This document shows, one piece after another, positions 40,401-53,586 of a DNA stretch of 64,000 bases (its first letter is position 1; each line of letters begins with the position of its first letter). The translations under genes were made by a program, and so were the position numbers. The stretch is from contig JBHGNT010000001.1 of the NCBI GenBank assembly GCA_043228905.1, positions 620,001 to 684,000 of the forward strand, given 5' to 3'. The notes under the pieces were generated by a model. It saw only the letters and a program-made list of their open reading frames with translations. It had not been told where the DNA came from and did no database searches. Origin of the DNA: Azolla caroliniana. Lineage: Eukaryota; Plantae; Polypodiophyta.

Positions 40401-43400
40401 AGCAACGGTGAGAAAACCGGGTGGAACGGGCAAAGTCGGCAATGTGCAACACGCGCATGTACATTAGGAAATGTACATAAAAATAAAGGGAAAAGGGAAG
40501 ATTGCTAAAATGCACGGGAGTTAGTGAGGAATAAGTGTCATGTGTACATTAGTGCACTTGCATACGTAGTGGGGTTGTAAAAGTGAGAGCGTTTAATGTA
40601 CCTCTCTGGAAATCAAGGCAACTATCTCCTTTGAAAAAGAGGAATATTTGACCGACTTTGTAACGTACCTCCCACCTTGGGTTATAAAAGGAGGAGAGAG
40701 TCTCTTGTTTAGGGTTTCACCATTTTAAGTTTTGTTCTGTTTTGTATGTTAGTTCTGTTAGGGATCCGGGTTCCGTTTAAGCAGTGGTATAAGCAGAGTA
40801 CTCGAGCTCGTATGCTCTGAGGATTTCGATTTTCTGTTCTGTCTTCTATGCAAGGACTCCATTCGATGCGGCAAGCCCGAGAGCTCACCGACTGGAGATT
40901 TGCCGGCAGAAGGTCGTTATAGTCTCTGATCTGCTTGGTCCGGCTCGAGCCGGAGATGTATTCTGCTGCCCCTGTACATATATATATATAAAAGGTTGTG
41001 CGTAACTGTGTCTCTGCCGGTGTTGGTTGTGTTTCTTCCTTTTCCGGTTTTCTGTATACAAGGAGTGTGTGTTGAGTAAGAACGCTGCGCACGTGCTCTC
41101 TCTCTCTCTCTCTTTTTGCAACGCCAATGTATCATGACATGGGACAAATGTGGTGGCTCACGCTTCACACATTTTACTACAAATGTTGCACCTAACTACA
41201 AAACCATATTCTTCGCGGAACGGGGAAGCCGTACACATTGATACATGTTAGAGCCCATCCCGATATCTGCCATTCAAACCATTGCTTCCATGCGACTTAG
41301 CTCGCACGCATTGACATGTGAGACGGGACGTTGGAGCACAAGTGATGAGAGTGGCCGACTATGCACACTTTGCCCTAAACAAGTTCGAGAGTCTAAGTAT
41401 CACACTTTGATACAATGCTCTGCCTTTGATCATATTCGACCATCCTTTTCACATCTCTTCGATCGAGCCCAATCCCTGCACGAATTTCTCTCACAACCAC
41501 GATGTGCACTCTCGATTGCAACATTCATTGGTAAAGTTCTTGAACATCGAGGGTCGCTACTCACCTTCACACGTATTACGTGAAATGTAATATTTTTGGT
41601 CTCATAGGTCATATTTGACCTCTAAAGACGATAATATAATCTATCTATCTACCTCTCTCTCGTTTGGTTGCCTCCAGTGTGTATCCGGAAACGCTCCAGT
41701 CGGTGTCTCAGCTGGCGTAACCAGTACCGGTGAGGCTCGGTGTTTGCTCCTCCATCTCTCTTATCCAAGACCCCGGTGGTCCCGCCCCGTTTCGACACAT
41801 ATTCGCGGATTTCCACGACACCGTGACTGATGAGGAAGGAACTTCCACATCTTGGCCTTCTCATCTACTTGCCAAGTGGAACCTTAGAGCTGATCCATAT
41901 TCTCAGGATGTCTTTTCGTATGATCATGTTCAGATTGAAACTATTTTCGTATTTGAAAATGCTGGCAAGCAAAAGTAGTGCCTGAATATATATGAGGTCT
42001 GCCAATATATCAACATAAGGCAGTGACGATTATTTTCACTAGTTAATGTAAATGATTGGCTGAAGATGGTATTTGTTCAATTTTAAGGCCACTTCCATAG
42101 ATGGAACTGAGGTCCAACAACCCAAAGAGTGAGGAGACTGGCTTAATGGGAGGCTAACGGAGGCTATGTCTGTCACAAAAAGCCAAGATGGAAACTATGT
42201 CTGCAATAAAGATAGCTGAAGCCGGTTGGAGGCAGCTGAACTATACACTGGAAGATACCAAGGAGCAGGGCAAATGGCTGAGTAAAAAAGGCTACAGAAG
42301 CTATGAAGTCAGCAGTCGGAAGCAGGGTGATCTATGTCAAAATGTCTAAAATGGCCTAGGCAGCGTGGGCTCTGCAGACTAGGGTGAGAGTCTGTGCTGA
42401 TGCATGGTAGTGCAATGGCAAAGGCATATAGGCTAGCCAAATAATGGCTAATATGGTAACTTCTTTTAGTGTATAAGTGTGTGAATAACGTCTATCCATA
42501 TTTCTTATATGGATCCAAATAAAAATAAAAAAATTCAATTGTTTTTCTTTACCAGATGGTTTTATGTGACTGCTGAATGTTTGTTTTTGTGACTATGCTT
42601 TATTTCGTTAATGTTTTTCAATTTTCCTATTTCCACCAATTTTTGGAAGTAGTTATTAGCATGCACTCCATAACAAAATGTGCATCTGTATCTCCACGTG
42701 GATCCTACCTTTTTTGGTGAGGGACACTTGTTTTTTGAAAATTTGCATTGTGTAAGGATGTCTTTAAATGATATATTCTTTAATGTTTGCTTGTAGTCTT
42801 TGATGCAAATACTGGACTGGTTCAGCCGATTTCCAACAATTTTGCAAGGCTGTGAGACAACAATTCAAACCCTTCTAGGGCACTATGCCCATTCAGTTGG
42901 TTGTTTTAATGAGGCTGCAATGCATTTTCAAGAGGCTGCGAAGGTGAATGGCGGAACATCCAATGCAATATTCCTATGAGATTGTTTCAAATTTGCACGG
43001 CACGTTAGTAGTGTTGTAAGAGTTTAATTGATTAACATGGAGTGATGGATTTATATTTGCAGCTGACAGAAAGCAAGGGTATGCAAGCATTATCTCACAT
43101 TTATGCAGCTGTTTCATACATATGCATTGGTGATGCTGAGTCTTCTTCTCTGGTTTGTTGACAAACATTTTTGTCTTGGCAGTCAATGATATTCTACCTG
43201 CTTTAGTGTCAATTGCTCTAGGTTATGAAGACATAATTTGTAACTGCAACTAGATGAAAAAGAATACAGTGCATAGTAAGAGAACCATATGACTTATTCT
43301 TCTATCCAATTTGTGTGATCATGACTCATGCAGGCACTAGATTTGATTGGTCCTATCTACAGAACCATGGATTCATATGTAGGAGTACGAGAAAAGACAG

Positions 43401-45032
43401 GAGTTCTGTTTGCTTCTGGGCTTTTGCAGATGAAGCAGCACAATCTTCAAGAAGCCAGGTAGTTTTACATTATGAACCTTTGCATAATTTTGGGGTATAA
43501 AGTTTTACAGAATTTACTTAATTTGAACCTTAAAAGCCCCTGTCGGGTTGGTACTTTACATTGTGATGTGGTAGATGTTATAATATGATGCAATGAAGCA
43601 GAAATGGTGATACTTTACGGGTATGATGCATCAACCAAAATAGGAAATCTCTATCATGATGGCACTTTTTTGCCTTGTAATGTGCGAGGTTGCATATCAT
43701 ATCATGGAAATTACCAAAAGAAAAGTGGGAATCCAAAAGGTTTCCACAAAGGGTTTGCTATGAAAGACAGCTAATTGCATTTTGGTAGCAATTACATGTT
43801 GTCAAGGTGAGTTGGATGTCTGGCTTTGGAGGTGGGCATTAGTAGAATGTTTGATCTGAGATCTCAGTTTGTAATATTGAGAGGATACATAGTAATGACA
43901 AGTGCAGAGTTAAACCTGCCAAATAGTATTTCTGTGATGACAATACTAGATGGTTGGGAATTGATCAGGTGTAGAAGCATTCAAATGAAAAGGAGTGATG
44001 ATCATAGAGCCCAGTCACTAGACTTTTTAGCTGTAGTCTATATGTTGTCTGAAGAAAGGTTTAGAAAACATTGTTATATCATATCTGAAAGCCTTTGAGA
44101 TACTGAATCCAGACCTAGACTGTCATTCAAACTTTTGTTTCAATGAGTGAAAACTTTAGAACTCAAATGGTTAGAAATCACAGGATATTACTAGTCCAGA
44201 GCACTCATATGTCCTCATAAAACCATGTCTAGAATGGGAATACCAGTTAAAGGTTTTAAAAGAGAACTAGCAATGACAAATTCAGCAAATGATTCCCGCC
44301 AATGACTACCCATGGCAAGCCCCTGTGGTTATATTTTTGACACAAGTTCATACAATGTTCTCTTTTTCCTTTGAACAGGTCATGTGTGCACTTGGATTGA
44401 TACAGCCTGTGTTTGCTAGGATAAATTTCACGTGTCATTGTCAACATATATTTCGTTTTTTTAAAGAGTGTTTTTGAAAGAGAACTTCATTTTGCAGAAT
44501 GAGGTTGGCAAATGGTTTGAAATTGACATACAAGCGGTTAGGAAATCATCAACTTGTATCGCAGTACTTAACGGTTCTTGGAAGCTTAGCACTAGCATTG
44601 CATGACACAGGGCAGGCTCTTGATATATTAACCTCGTCGCTTACTTTAGCAAAAGCTTTACATGATATTCCCACTCAGATTGGTGTTCTTTCCGAACTAA
44701 CGGGTAAAAATATACTATAAAATTTGTGTATTTGTTTCATTATCTTGTTACAGCTAATAAAACTAGAGATTCTGTATTGGTATATGCAGCACTATACAGA
44801 GCATTGGGTAACAATATAAAAGAGCTTGAAAGCTTTGAGTATGAAGGAAAGAAGGGCGAGGAACTGAGAAAGCGCATAAGATCTGCTCATGTGTCTGAGG
44901 AACATCAGGCCCTTCTAAAGGTTGGATGCTACATCTAAAGCTGCATATGTGATTTTTATGTATGAATCAATGTGTTATTTGTTTATTATTAATCCTAGTA
45001 TATATCATGTTCTTGTTCAGTTCGGCATTTGA
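34500..45032 (+). CDS. SCC4: MAU2/SCC4 cohesin loader subunit
   Basis: N-terminus MEPVAEGLWLLA...QAVKCFEAICQS.VSFLPI.EVKTRLRIA...AKSHLERA. Exons 34500-34712, 35455-35606, 35933-36074, 36164-36280, 36601-36982, 37082-37120, 38726-38847, 42797-42943, 43063-43152, 43334-43458, 44498-44703, 44790-44920, 45021-45032. Motifs GEWLPRAAV, FPTILQGCE, GNHQLVSQYLT.LGSLALALHDT. Confidence 0.93.
34890..35330 (+). repeat. Degenerate telo-box-like (TAGGGTTT) minisatellite in MAU2 intron 1
   Basis: Recurrent GGACATTTTAGGG / ATGTAGGGTTT units. Confidence 0.6.
37955..38447. repeat. About 244-bp near-identical tandem duplication in a MAU2 intron
   Basis: GGTATCTGCTTGTGACTT...GGATACCAAGCATGAAAA is present twice, starting about 37955 and 38199. 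Confidence 0.95.
39500..40384 (-). mobile_element. Ty1/copia 3' remnant (RT end, RNase H, PPT, partial 3' LTR)
   Basis: Minus-strand translations give TRPNIAFAVGCVSSFVLNPGKQHWK, GYMFILAAGPLPW...LSITEVENIAASNTGKEAIWL, KDMEVRYHF and KIHTEDNL. A purine tract AATGGGGG lies at about 39781-39788. Confidence 0.85.
40385..41139 (+). mobile_element. Solo-LTR-like element
   Basis: Termini TGTCGTGA...TCATGACA (TG..CA with a short inverted repeat). Internal TATAAAAGG at about 40683. It truncates the copia RT. No TSD. Confidence 0.6.
41140..41655 (+). mobile_element. LINE 3' end (Cys/His-rich C-terminal domain plus (CTAT)n tail)
   Basis: RLSSHALTCETGRW...RLCTLC...ESKYHTLIQC..FDHIR is the C-terminal motif of RTE/CR1-like LINE ORF2. 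It ends in AATATAATCTATCTATCTA. A second copy lies at 5030. Confidence 0.8.
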
Positions 45033-47245
45033 CAGATCCAGCAATCTGTAGTTATTGGCGGGAATGTAAATAATTTGTTCATGAATGGTAATATCTTGTT
45101 GGTTATTCCAGAAACTAATCACATCAATGTAAAGTCTTCAAGATAGTACTGACCTCATTTATGTCTTGGGAGTCAAGTTAAATTCTCTAGAGCTTAGTAT
45201 AAAAAGACAACTTTCAAGAAGTTTGTAATTATAAAATTGTTTCACTCAATGTATGACGATATGAAGAGTTCCAAGACCTAAATGTTCTATTATTTGTATG
45301 TATGCATTAGATTGTGAAGGCAGTTTTAACATCTTGCCATGAATCAAAGTGACTAGATATGGATGCCTATGAAAAGAAACAGTAAAAGATATTGCAGTGG
45401 ATGCAATCCCAGTTTATTAGCACAGTAAAGCTACTTTAAAATCTCCTTGCTGCTAATATAACATTATTTGTATGTTTGTTTACCCCTGATGCACACTTTT
45501 AATGTCAACAGATGAATTGTTGTGTCTCGGGCTTAGGTCCACATGGGTTTTCACGAAGGCTGAATTAGCAGTGAACTAACTTGACTCGACTAATGAGCAA
45601 TATCAATGTCTTCAATCTCACAAGCATACAACTGACAGTTAATATAATTTCAAAAACTGCTTATGATGATTGTAATACTATCACCAAACCCGTTTGATTT
45701 TAAGCTGCTACATCACTGAAAACATGTTAGCTAGTTGCTATAAGAATATTCTTTTCTCCTCATAATTATTTTTGTTTTGTGCTCTTAAGTGATAAAAGTG
45801 GCATAAGGTGGTCCTCTTGATGAGGAAGTCAATGCAACGAGTACATTAGATGTGTATATATTAGGTGGAAGACTATAATCTAGATGGTAGTTGAAACTTG
45901 GAGAAATTTTGTAAAACCACCATCAAAAGCAAATTGTCTAGTCTGTATGATCTGAAGGTAAAAATGATGCAGCCAGTGCAACATGTATAAAGGGTGTAAG
46001 ACTATAAACAGTTGGGAATTGAAACTTGGAGCAATTTTGTAAAACCATCAAGCTAAAATGATGAAGCACACAAACTTGGAGTGATTCTGTATGATCTCAA
46101 GCTAAAATGGTGAAGCATACAAATTTGTTCTATAATATGCTGCTTGTAGACACATTGATCACAATCTTGTAAGCAATCATTTACGAGGGTTCCTATATTC
46201 TTCTAGCACATAATTTCGTATTTTCTTCATATGAGGATGTATAATGGAGACATAATGTAGGACAACATATATTATTTGTCCATGATTCATTTTCATATAA
46301 TAAATATGCCCTAGTCCAATAATAAATCACAAGTAGTTCTGCAGGTTTTTGTACATCATTTTTTAAGATCAACATCACTTCATAGACTTAGACGTTTGTA
46401 AACAACTTTTATTTTGACTTTATAGTGCAAGCCTACATAATTGCACAAAAGCTTTATAGGATTCTTGAAGTCAAACTTATCTCATGATCTTCAAGTCAAT
46501 AATTGCAATTACATTGTCTCCAGTCATAAGCTATGTTTTATCAATCCAAGCACACACACACTCGCACGCGAATGTGGAAACATAAATATTTTGTGACAAT
46601 CAGAACATGCACATCATGTGAAAATTGTAAATGTGATGCTTCCACATCTAGCTATTATTGACTTGGTTTTTCTTTGAGAAAGGAGACCATAATTTATTTT
46701 TATTGATGCAAACAATTGTTCATGACTTATTATTCAAAACTATATTCAAGCAATATTAACGGAAGTGAAAGCCATGTTAGATCGTATGTTTTTCCCTTTT
46801 GGCATGTAAAAAAAGGAGGCATCTTCTAAAAAGGCTTAAAATGATGCTATTTGCCTTTAGCCACGACAAAAAGACAGACATAAATTAAGTGAGAGTGGAT
46901 ACTAAGTTAAGGGAATCTTCACTTCGGAAAGATGACACGTATTAACATCCATGAGGAGGCAACGTAGAGAGAGAGAGAGAGAGAGTAAAAAAAATTTTAA
47001 AAAAATAGTTGTCCTGCCATATTCTAATAGCTTTATGGTTAAATTACAAAACACATAAAAACAATTTCTTGCACTTGGTTGTTTTCGTGTTTAAGTGTGG
47101 GTATCTCAAAATATGGAGCTACCAAAGCAAGCATTGATTTTGGAAGCAAACAGAGAAGCTTCATTTTTAAACATCTCAATTGTTGATGGGGATGGGATTC
47201 CTTCCATAGCCATAGCCGACATTTTCCATGGCGGGGCTATCCCAT

Positions 47246-47286
<41 letters not shown>

Positions 47287-47520
47287 CACGAGGAAAAAGC
47301 AAAGCAAAAAGGCAGAAAAGCAAAACCACAAAAATAGAAGCAAAAAAGCAACAGCCAAAATGCAGGAAAGTAAGAAAACCAGCCATACATACGTTCGGCT
47401 CATTTCCATTCTGTGCAGAGAGAAAGCAGAGAGAGTGAGGGAGATGATGAGGAGGTGGTGAATATACTTACATACCAATACTTTATTAACACTCATCAAT
47501 TTATCTCTATATATATGTCC

Positions 47521-50500
47521 ATGGAATTCTCTCCTCGCTCCTCTTCCAATTATCGAAAGCAATCCATTGAGAGGATGGCTTCCATGGATGAACAGATGAG
47601 AAAGCTCGTCCCATGCAAGGTTTCTGATGACGACAAGCTCATCGAACACGACCTGATCCTACTCGATCGCTTCATCGACATCCTCCAAGACCTCCATGGA
47701 GAAGAGATTCGAGACAAGGTACACACTCAAGTAGATTGAGAGAAAAGATGAGCGTGTGTTTCTATAAACAGAAATGGTGATGGTAATGGTAATGGTATGT
47801 TCATGGCTTTGATAGGTCAAAGTGATGAACTATGTCGATTTTACAGAATGGATTGGATGAAAAACTAAAGCAAAGTTAATTTGTAGCTTCTATTAGTAAC
47901 TAGTGTATTATCAAAGTAGCTTCAATGAGATGGGGGCAATTGGTACAATGATATAGGGCCCATGATATAGTACACAGTATTCCGGCGCATTCAATGGCAT
48001 TTGATATACAGACAGGATAGATTTATATTGGGGAATGGTAGGATGTGAATTGATAGGCCCGTGAATGCTGGCATACAATGATGTTGTATGACATCAATAC
48101 CACCATCCATAGTAAACCAACTTCCTGGGTGATCATGCTCAATCTGAGACAATGATGCTATGTATCTTCCAATGCAGGAAACATCTTCCGTTGGATAATC
48201 CACGTATCTTCAGACATCTGGAGCAAGCCAAATGAACATGGTAAAAAAATACCCAATCTGCATTTACAGGCCCTGCTGACCATCTACCCCCAACAAGCGA
48301 CTCTAATTCGTGGATATCTTTTAAAAATAGCCCCAAACATCTATAATTAATAATGGTCTACAATCCGGTTGAATGATCCCAATCCCTTCCTGAAGAAGCA
48401 GTGGAAGCGGTAAACTGTGGGATGGCATGGGTAGTGGTCCGCAGAATCTGGCGCTGAACTTATTATTTGCTTGGTACACCCATATACCTGCCTATCTCCA
48501 ACTGATGTGGTGAGATATGGTTCTGTCCACAGTCCAATGATGTATCTCAATCAATATGACAGATGGATATCCATATATTGAGGGTGTAGTATAAATCTAT
48601 CCTCACGGACTTGGAGAAAGGGTCTAAATAGAAGACTATCTTCGTGCCATCCTGCACAAGTTTGATCCATGTCTTACTATTCTATAGATGAGTGAGATCT
48701 TGTCTGATGAATTTCCTAATATCTGAGTCAGTGCGAGAGGTGATGCATCTAAGGAGTACTGGTAGTACGCCAGTACGGATGCCTTACCCAGATCATGAAT
48801 ACAAGATGTATCTTCATCAATCTTCACCTAAATCGACCCCTAATAATGGTCCAAAATCAACCCCTAAATCTGCACACCATCAAGAATTTTGAGGGTGGCA
48901 AGAGTTTCAAATAGCCAGAACTTAGTACTTGGCTATTGGAACTGATTCTATGACCACATCCTCTCTAGTTCATCTAATGCTACATTTCCTATGTAACCTG
49001 ATCCTAAACTTGTCCTCTCACGGAGAAGAAAAGTCCCTGAACAATACAGCAAGCTAGGTATAATCATCTACATCATCCACCCTCTCTGTTCTATACATAA
49101 TATCATGCGTTGACTTCCTTATCCACTGAGATGTACCGTTGAACAGCATGTCATTGGGTTTCCAAAGGTTCACTGAGTTGATTATCATTTGCAAAAGAAA
49201 TTAAAGAATTGAAATGTCTCCATAAGTACTTTGATGAGTAAGTTATAAGCGCAATCTTTTCATCTGCATATAACATCATCAGTACCCAAGTATCCATGAG
49301 CAGGACACCTCTCACAATATAGTCAAAGATCTTCTCCCACAGAACCAAAAGAGTGTCACAAAAATCTGGTATCCATTTTTCACTCAAAATAATAGAATGA
49401 ACAGGATCTGAATGTCTCTCTGATGTCTGCATTATGCCTGTTTATTTTCTTATAATGCTACCATCCCATGCAACAATAATTCTGCCTGCAATGAGCTCTA
49501 CCCTCCTCAATAGCAGCACTTAGTGTGAATGTATGATCTAAAGTAAAAAACCTCCATCTGAATCCTGCACATCCTTCTGCTACACTGTAATTTTGCTAAC
49601 TCTATTGTTTTATTCACTGACTTCTTTTTATTGTTTATTTCTGTCTTTTACTGACATCTCTCTCACACCGTCTCTTGTCCTTACTCTCTATGAGTTTTGA
49701 TAACTCAATCTTGATTCTTGATGTGTATGAGATTGTAGATGTCTATAATCTATTGTCTTAGACGTGGAACTGATGTAGTATATGTAATCTGGGCACTGGG
49801 AATCTTGTATTTCTTGGAAAAACACATGTAAAATATGGGGGTTGCTGATGCCTTTGCAATGATGCACTTTGCTAAAACGTTATGATCCACACTGCTAGGC
49901 ACTATGACCCCACGCTCTGTTGTTCTTTGCAACCCATGCTCAAATACTGATGGATACAGAGAGAGTGTGGATGTGCTTCTCGGGAGAGATTGTGTGTGTC
50001 AAAAGAGTCTAGCAAAAGAAGAGTATGTGTGTCTAATATCAGCCATTTAGATATTATGTTTCTGTTCTGTGTATCATTTAGTTGAATGTGTGATAGAGTT
50101 ACACGTGTTAGGTGTAACTAATATTTCACATTCAACATAGATAGATATGCAGTCACTGATATGATGCATGTGATTGGTGACAACGATGATGATGGTGATA
50201 TGATGTACATGAATGTGAACGTAACTGTATGGGTAGCTCTATCTACAACTCATTGTGGAACACGGTGCATTGAGTGAAAAGTAATTGTAGTAGGTTGTTG
50301 GATTGCTATGGGCACAAGGTCTGCTCTCCCTAATGTGTTATTCACAGCGGGTTTGGATCTAAGGAGTCTGTTTGTCTCTGGTAGTCTTGGTGCACAGTAG
50401 CCTGTTATTGTTGGTCTTGTACTCAATTTGATGGTTGGGAAAGTAACTCCAGATCAACTGTGTCACTGCATTATGATCTTTATACTTCCATGCATAGTGA

Positions 50501-53500
50501 TCCTCAGTCTCTATCTCCTATCTGCAAAGCTTGCATATCCCCTCTGCTGAAGTTACTTGCATATCTTCATCAATTTTAAATGATATATGAGCTCAAAAGT
50601 GTGCGTGAGTCTTAGAAAAGGCTAGTAAAATGAAACGAAAACAAATTATACCTTAAGTAGATAGCCAGCCGTAGGTAACTGCAAGGCTGTGCTCAAAAAC
50701 AATTATGAGAGCGAGGGCACTGTCATGGAAGATTTATGTGAGATATATGAAAAAATCATATTTAAATCTGGTGTATTTAGGTCCTTTCATTTTATGAAAT
50801 TGCCAGTCAGTTTCCAAATGCATCGTCTCAAACAATTGATCAAAAACTTGAAGAATTAGGAAAAGAGCTTGACAGCTTGGATCCGAACCAGGCAATCATA
50901 GTGGCAAGCTCTTTCTCTCACATGCTTAATCTCACAAACCTTGCTGAGGAGGTTCAAATTGCCTTCCGTAGAAGAATCAAACTGAAAACAAGAGAGTTTG
51001 AAGATGAAAATAGTGCAATTACAGAGTCTGATCTAGAAGAGACTTTTGAAAGATTGGTTACTGAGCTGAAGAAATCACCAGAAGAGGTCTTTGAAGCTCT
51101 GAAGGCTCAAACTGTGGATCTTGTCCTCACTGCCCATCCAACACAGTCAATCCGGCGATCTTTACTTCAGAAACATGGCCGGTAAGTTCTCACATGCTTG
51201 ACATAGACATCATTTAATGCCAATTTATTTTTAGATTTGTAACTATGGTAATGAAATGGTAGTTTCATAATTAAGGTGGTGGGTTTGTGAGTTCAAGAAC
51301 TCTCTACAGTGTACTAAAAATTGTCTAAAAATGAAAACGATTCTTATAATTTACAGTATCCAGAAGTGCTTATTGAAGCTTTGCCAAGAAGACATCACCC
51401 CAGATGAGAAGAAGGAGCTTGATGAAGCCCTAAAAAGGGAGGTATATCACGCATTTGCTTTGAAATTAAATAATCAAACACTCAGATATAGCTGCATTGT
51501 AAATGCTAAAAAAATCTCTTCAAAACTTAAATTTTAAAGTTCGTTGTACCTACCAAGGTCTTACCAGTTTGGATCCCAAGTACTCTGCATCAATTAAATT
51601 CTATAGCACCACATATACTGAGTGCAAAGCTTCTAAATTATCAATGTGTGAAAAGTGTAGATAGAAATCATGAGAAATGAGATTATTAAATCTCTCATTG
51701 GCAACTTCAAAATTCAAGAAAGCTATTGATTTAAATCCGTCCTGAAATGATGTTATGTAGATTCAAGCAGCATTTCGTACGGATGAGATTAGACGGACTC
51801 CGCCTGCTCCACAAGATGAGATGCGTGCTGGGATGAGTTATTTTCATGAAACCATTTACAATGGGCTCCCAAAGTTCCTTCGACGCATAGACACTGCACT
51901 TAAGTCAATTGGAATAAAGGAACCATTACCATATAGTGTGCCCCTAATCCAGTTTTCTTCGTGGATGGGGGGTGATCGTGATGGTACTTGTGCTATGTTG
52001 ATTTATTTAAAATGCAAGATACTTTTGAGTTAGCTAATTAGTGATTTCATGACTTTGAAAAAATTTAAATACAACACATAACTTGTTGCAATTTGTTTTA
52101 CTTAGGCAATCCAAGAGTTACTCCAGAAGTAACATACGATGTATGCTTGTTAGCAAGGCTTATGGCTGCAAACTTGCATCTTTCAAAGATTGAGGATCTG
52201 ATGTTTGAGGTTTGTGCACGTTATTCCTATACTTCAGGGGTTGAAAGTCCTCTTGGGTTTCATGCTCTAAAACTTTGAATGCAGCTATCCATGTGGCGTT
52301 GTAGTGCAGAACTTAAAGCACGAGTCAATGAACTTATTTGTGCAGAGAAGAAAGGAGCTAAATATTATATGGGTACCAATCATCTTCTATCTAGCTTTAT
52401 GGACATTGTTATTTCAAATGTCATCTCTAGATCATCTCATTTCTGAATGTGCCCCAGACAATGCTTTTTTCCCATGAATAGTATGTCAGGTAGATTATAC
52501 TGATACATGGTTTGTTGAGTACGTTGAGGTAACAGAGACTTAATTTTTCAATTACTTGGTAGATTATTTTCCTTCTTAAAAGAAAATTTTGATTGCACCA
52601 ATTCCTACACTAGGATGTTTTGCCCAATTGCTTCTTTTAAACCAGAACTTTTGTTCCTTCAATTAGGGATGGGCAACGGTTCGGTTTAGACTTAACCGAT
52701 TTGGCCAAAACCGGTTTGTGCACCTCACCATTATTCTTCTTCCCTTCAACCTGAACATCCTCATCAGCACCACAAGCACCATCACCATCACCATCTCAAA
52801 TACAAATATGTGATGGCTATGGAGACATGCATGCCAATTTTCCTGGTTCTACAAGACACCTTGCTTGCTAGCACATGGACATGGCTTGCCCTCGGCCTTG
52901 CCACCATAGCCATCTTAATCCGAGCTTTCTTCACTCGATCTCGTCTCTATGAACCTCTCTCTCTCTCTCTTTCTCCCTCCTCTCCTCCTACAAATCAATC
53001 CTATATGTTAGGTAAGGAAAATGAATCCGATCTAGCAGATAAGAAAGGGAAGCCATAAAAGGTAAGGAAAATGATTAGATTAAAGAAGACAAAGAAAAAG
53101 AGAGTATGCTATGCTCATATGATGACTTGTTCTATGGGGTTCTCCCGTTGGATAATAATTGTATACAAAAACCTCCAAGGATTCAACCCAAGAGCAACAA
53201 TTGCATTATATAATTAGAGAAGAGGAAAGTATGCATCTTTCACATACTTGGCTCTCAAGAAGTGTTTGCTTTGAGAAGCAATTTGGGTGGAATAATTGCT
53301 GGAAACTAATCTTGGCATGTCATGGGCATGCCACATAAACCCAATTTTTGGCCGGATAGATTGGGGGGAAATATCAGTGGCTACTATCGAAGAAGATCAT
53401 CAGAGGAAGAGATCAACGGCCATCATCAAAGAACTTAAAGGTTGGAACTCGGGATTACCAAAGAGGATCAGTGAATCAGTGATTACCTGAAGGTGTGTAG

Positions 53501-53547
53501 GCTGCAGGCAGCAGGAGGTTGTCGTCGTCCACTATGTAGTATGCAGG

Positions 53548-53586
<39 letters not shown>

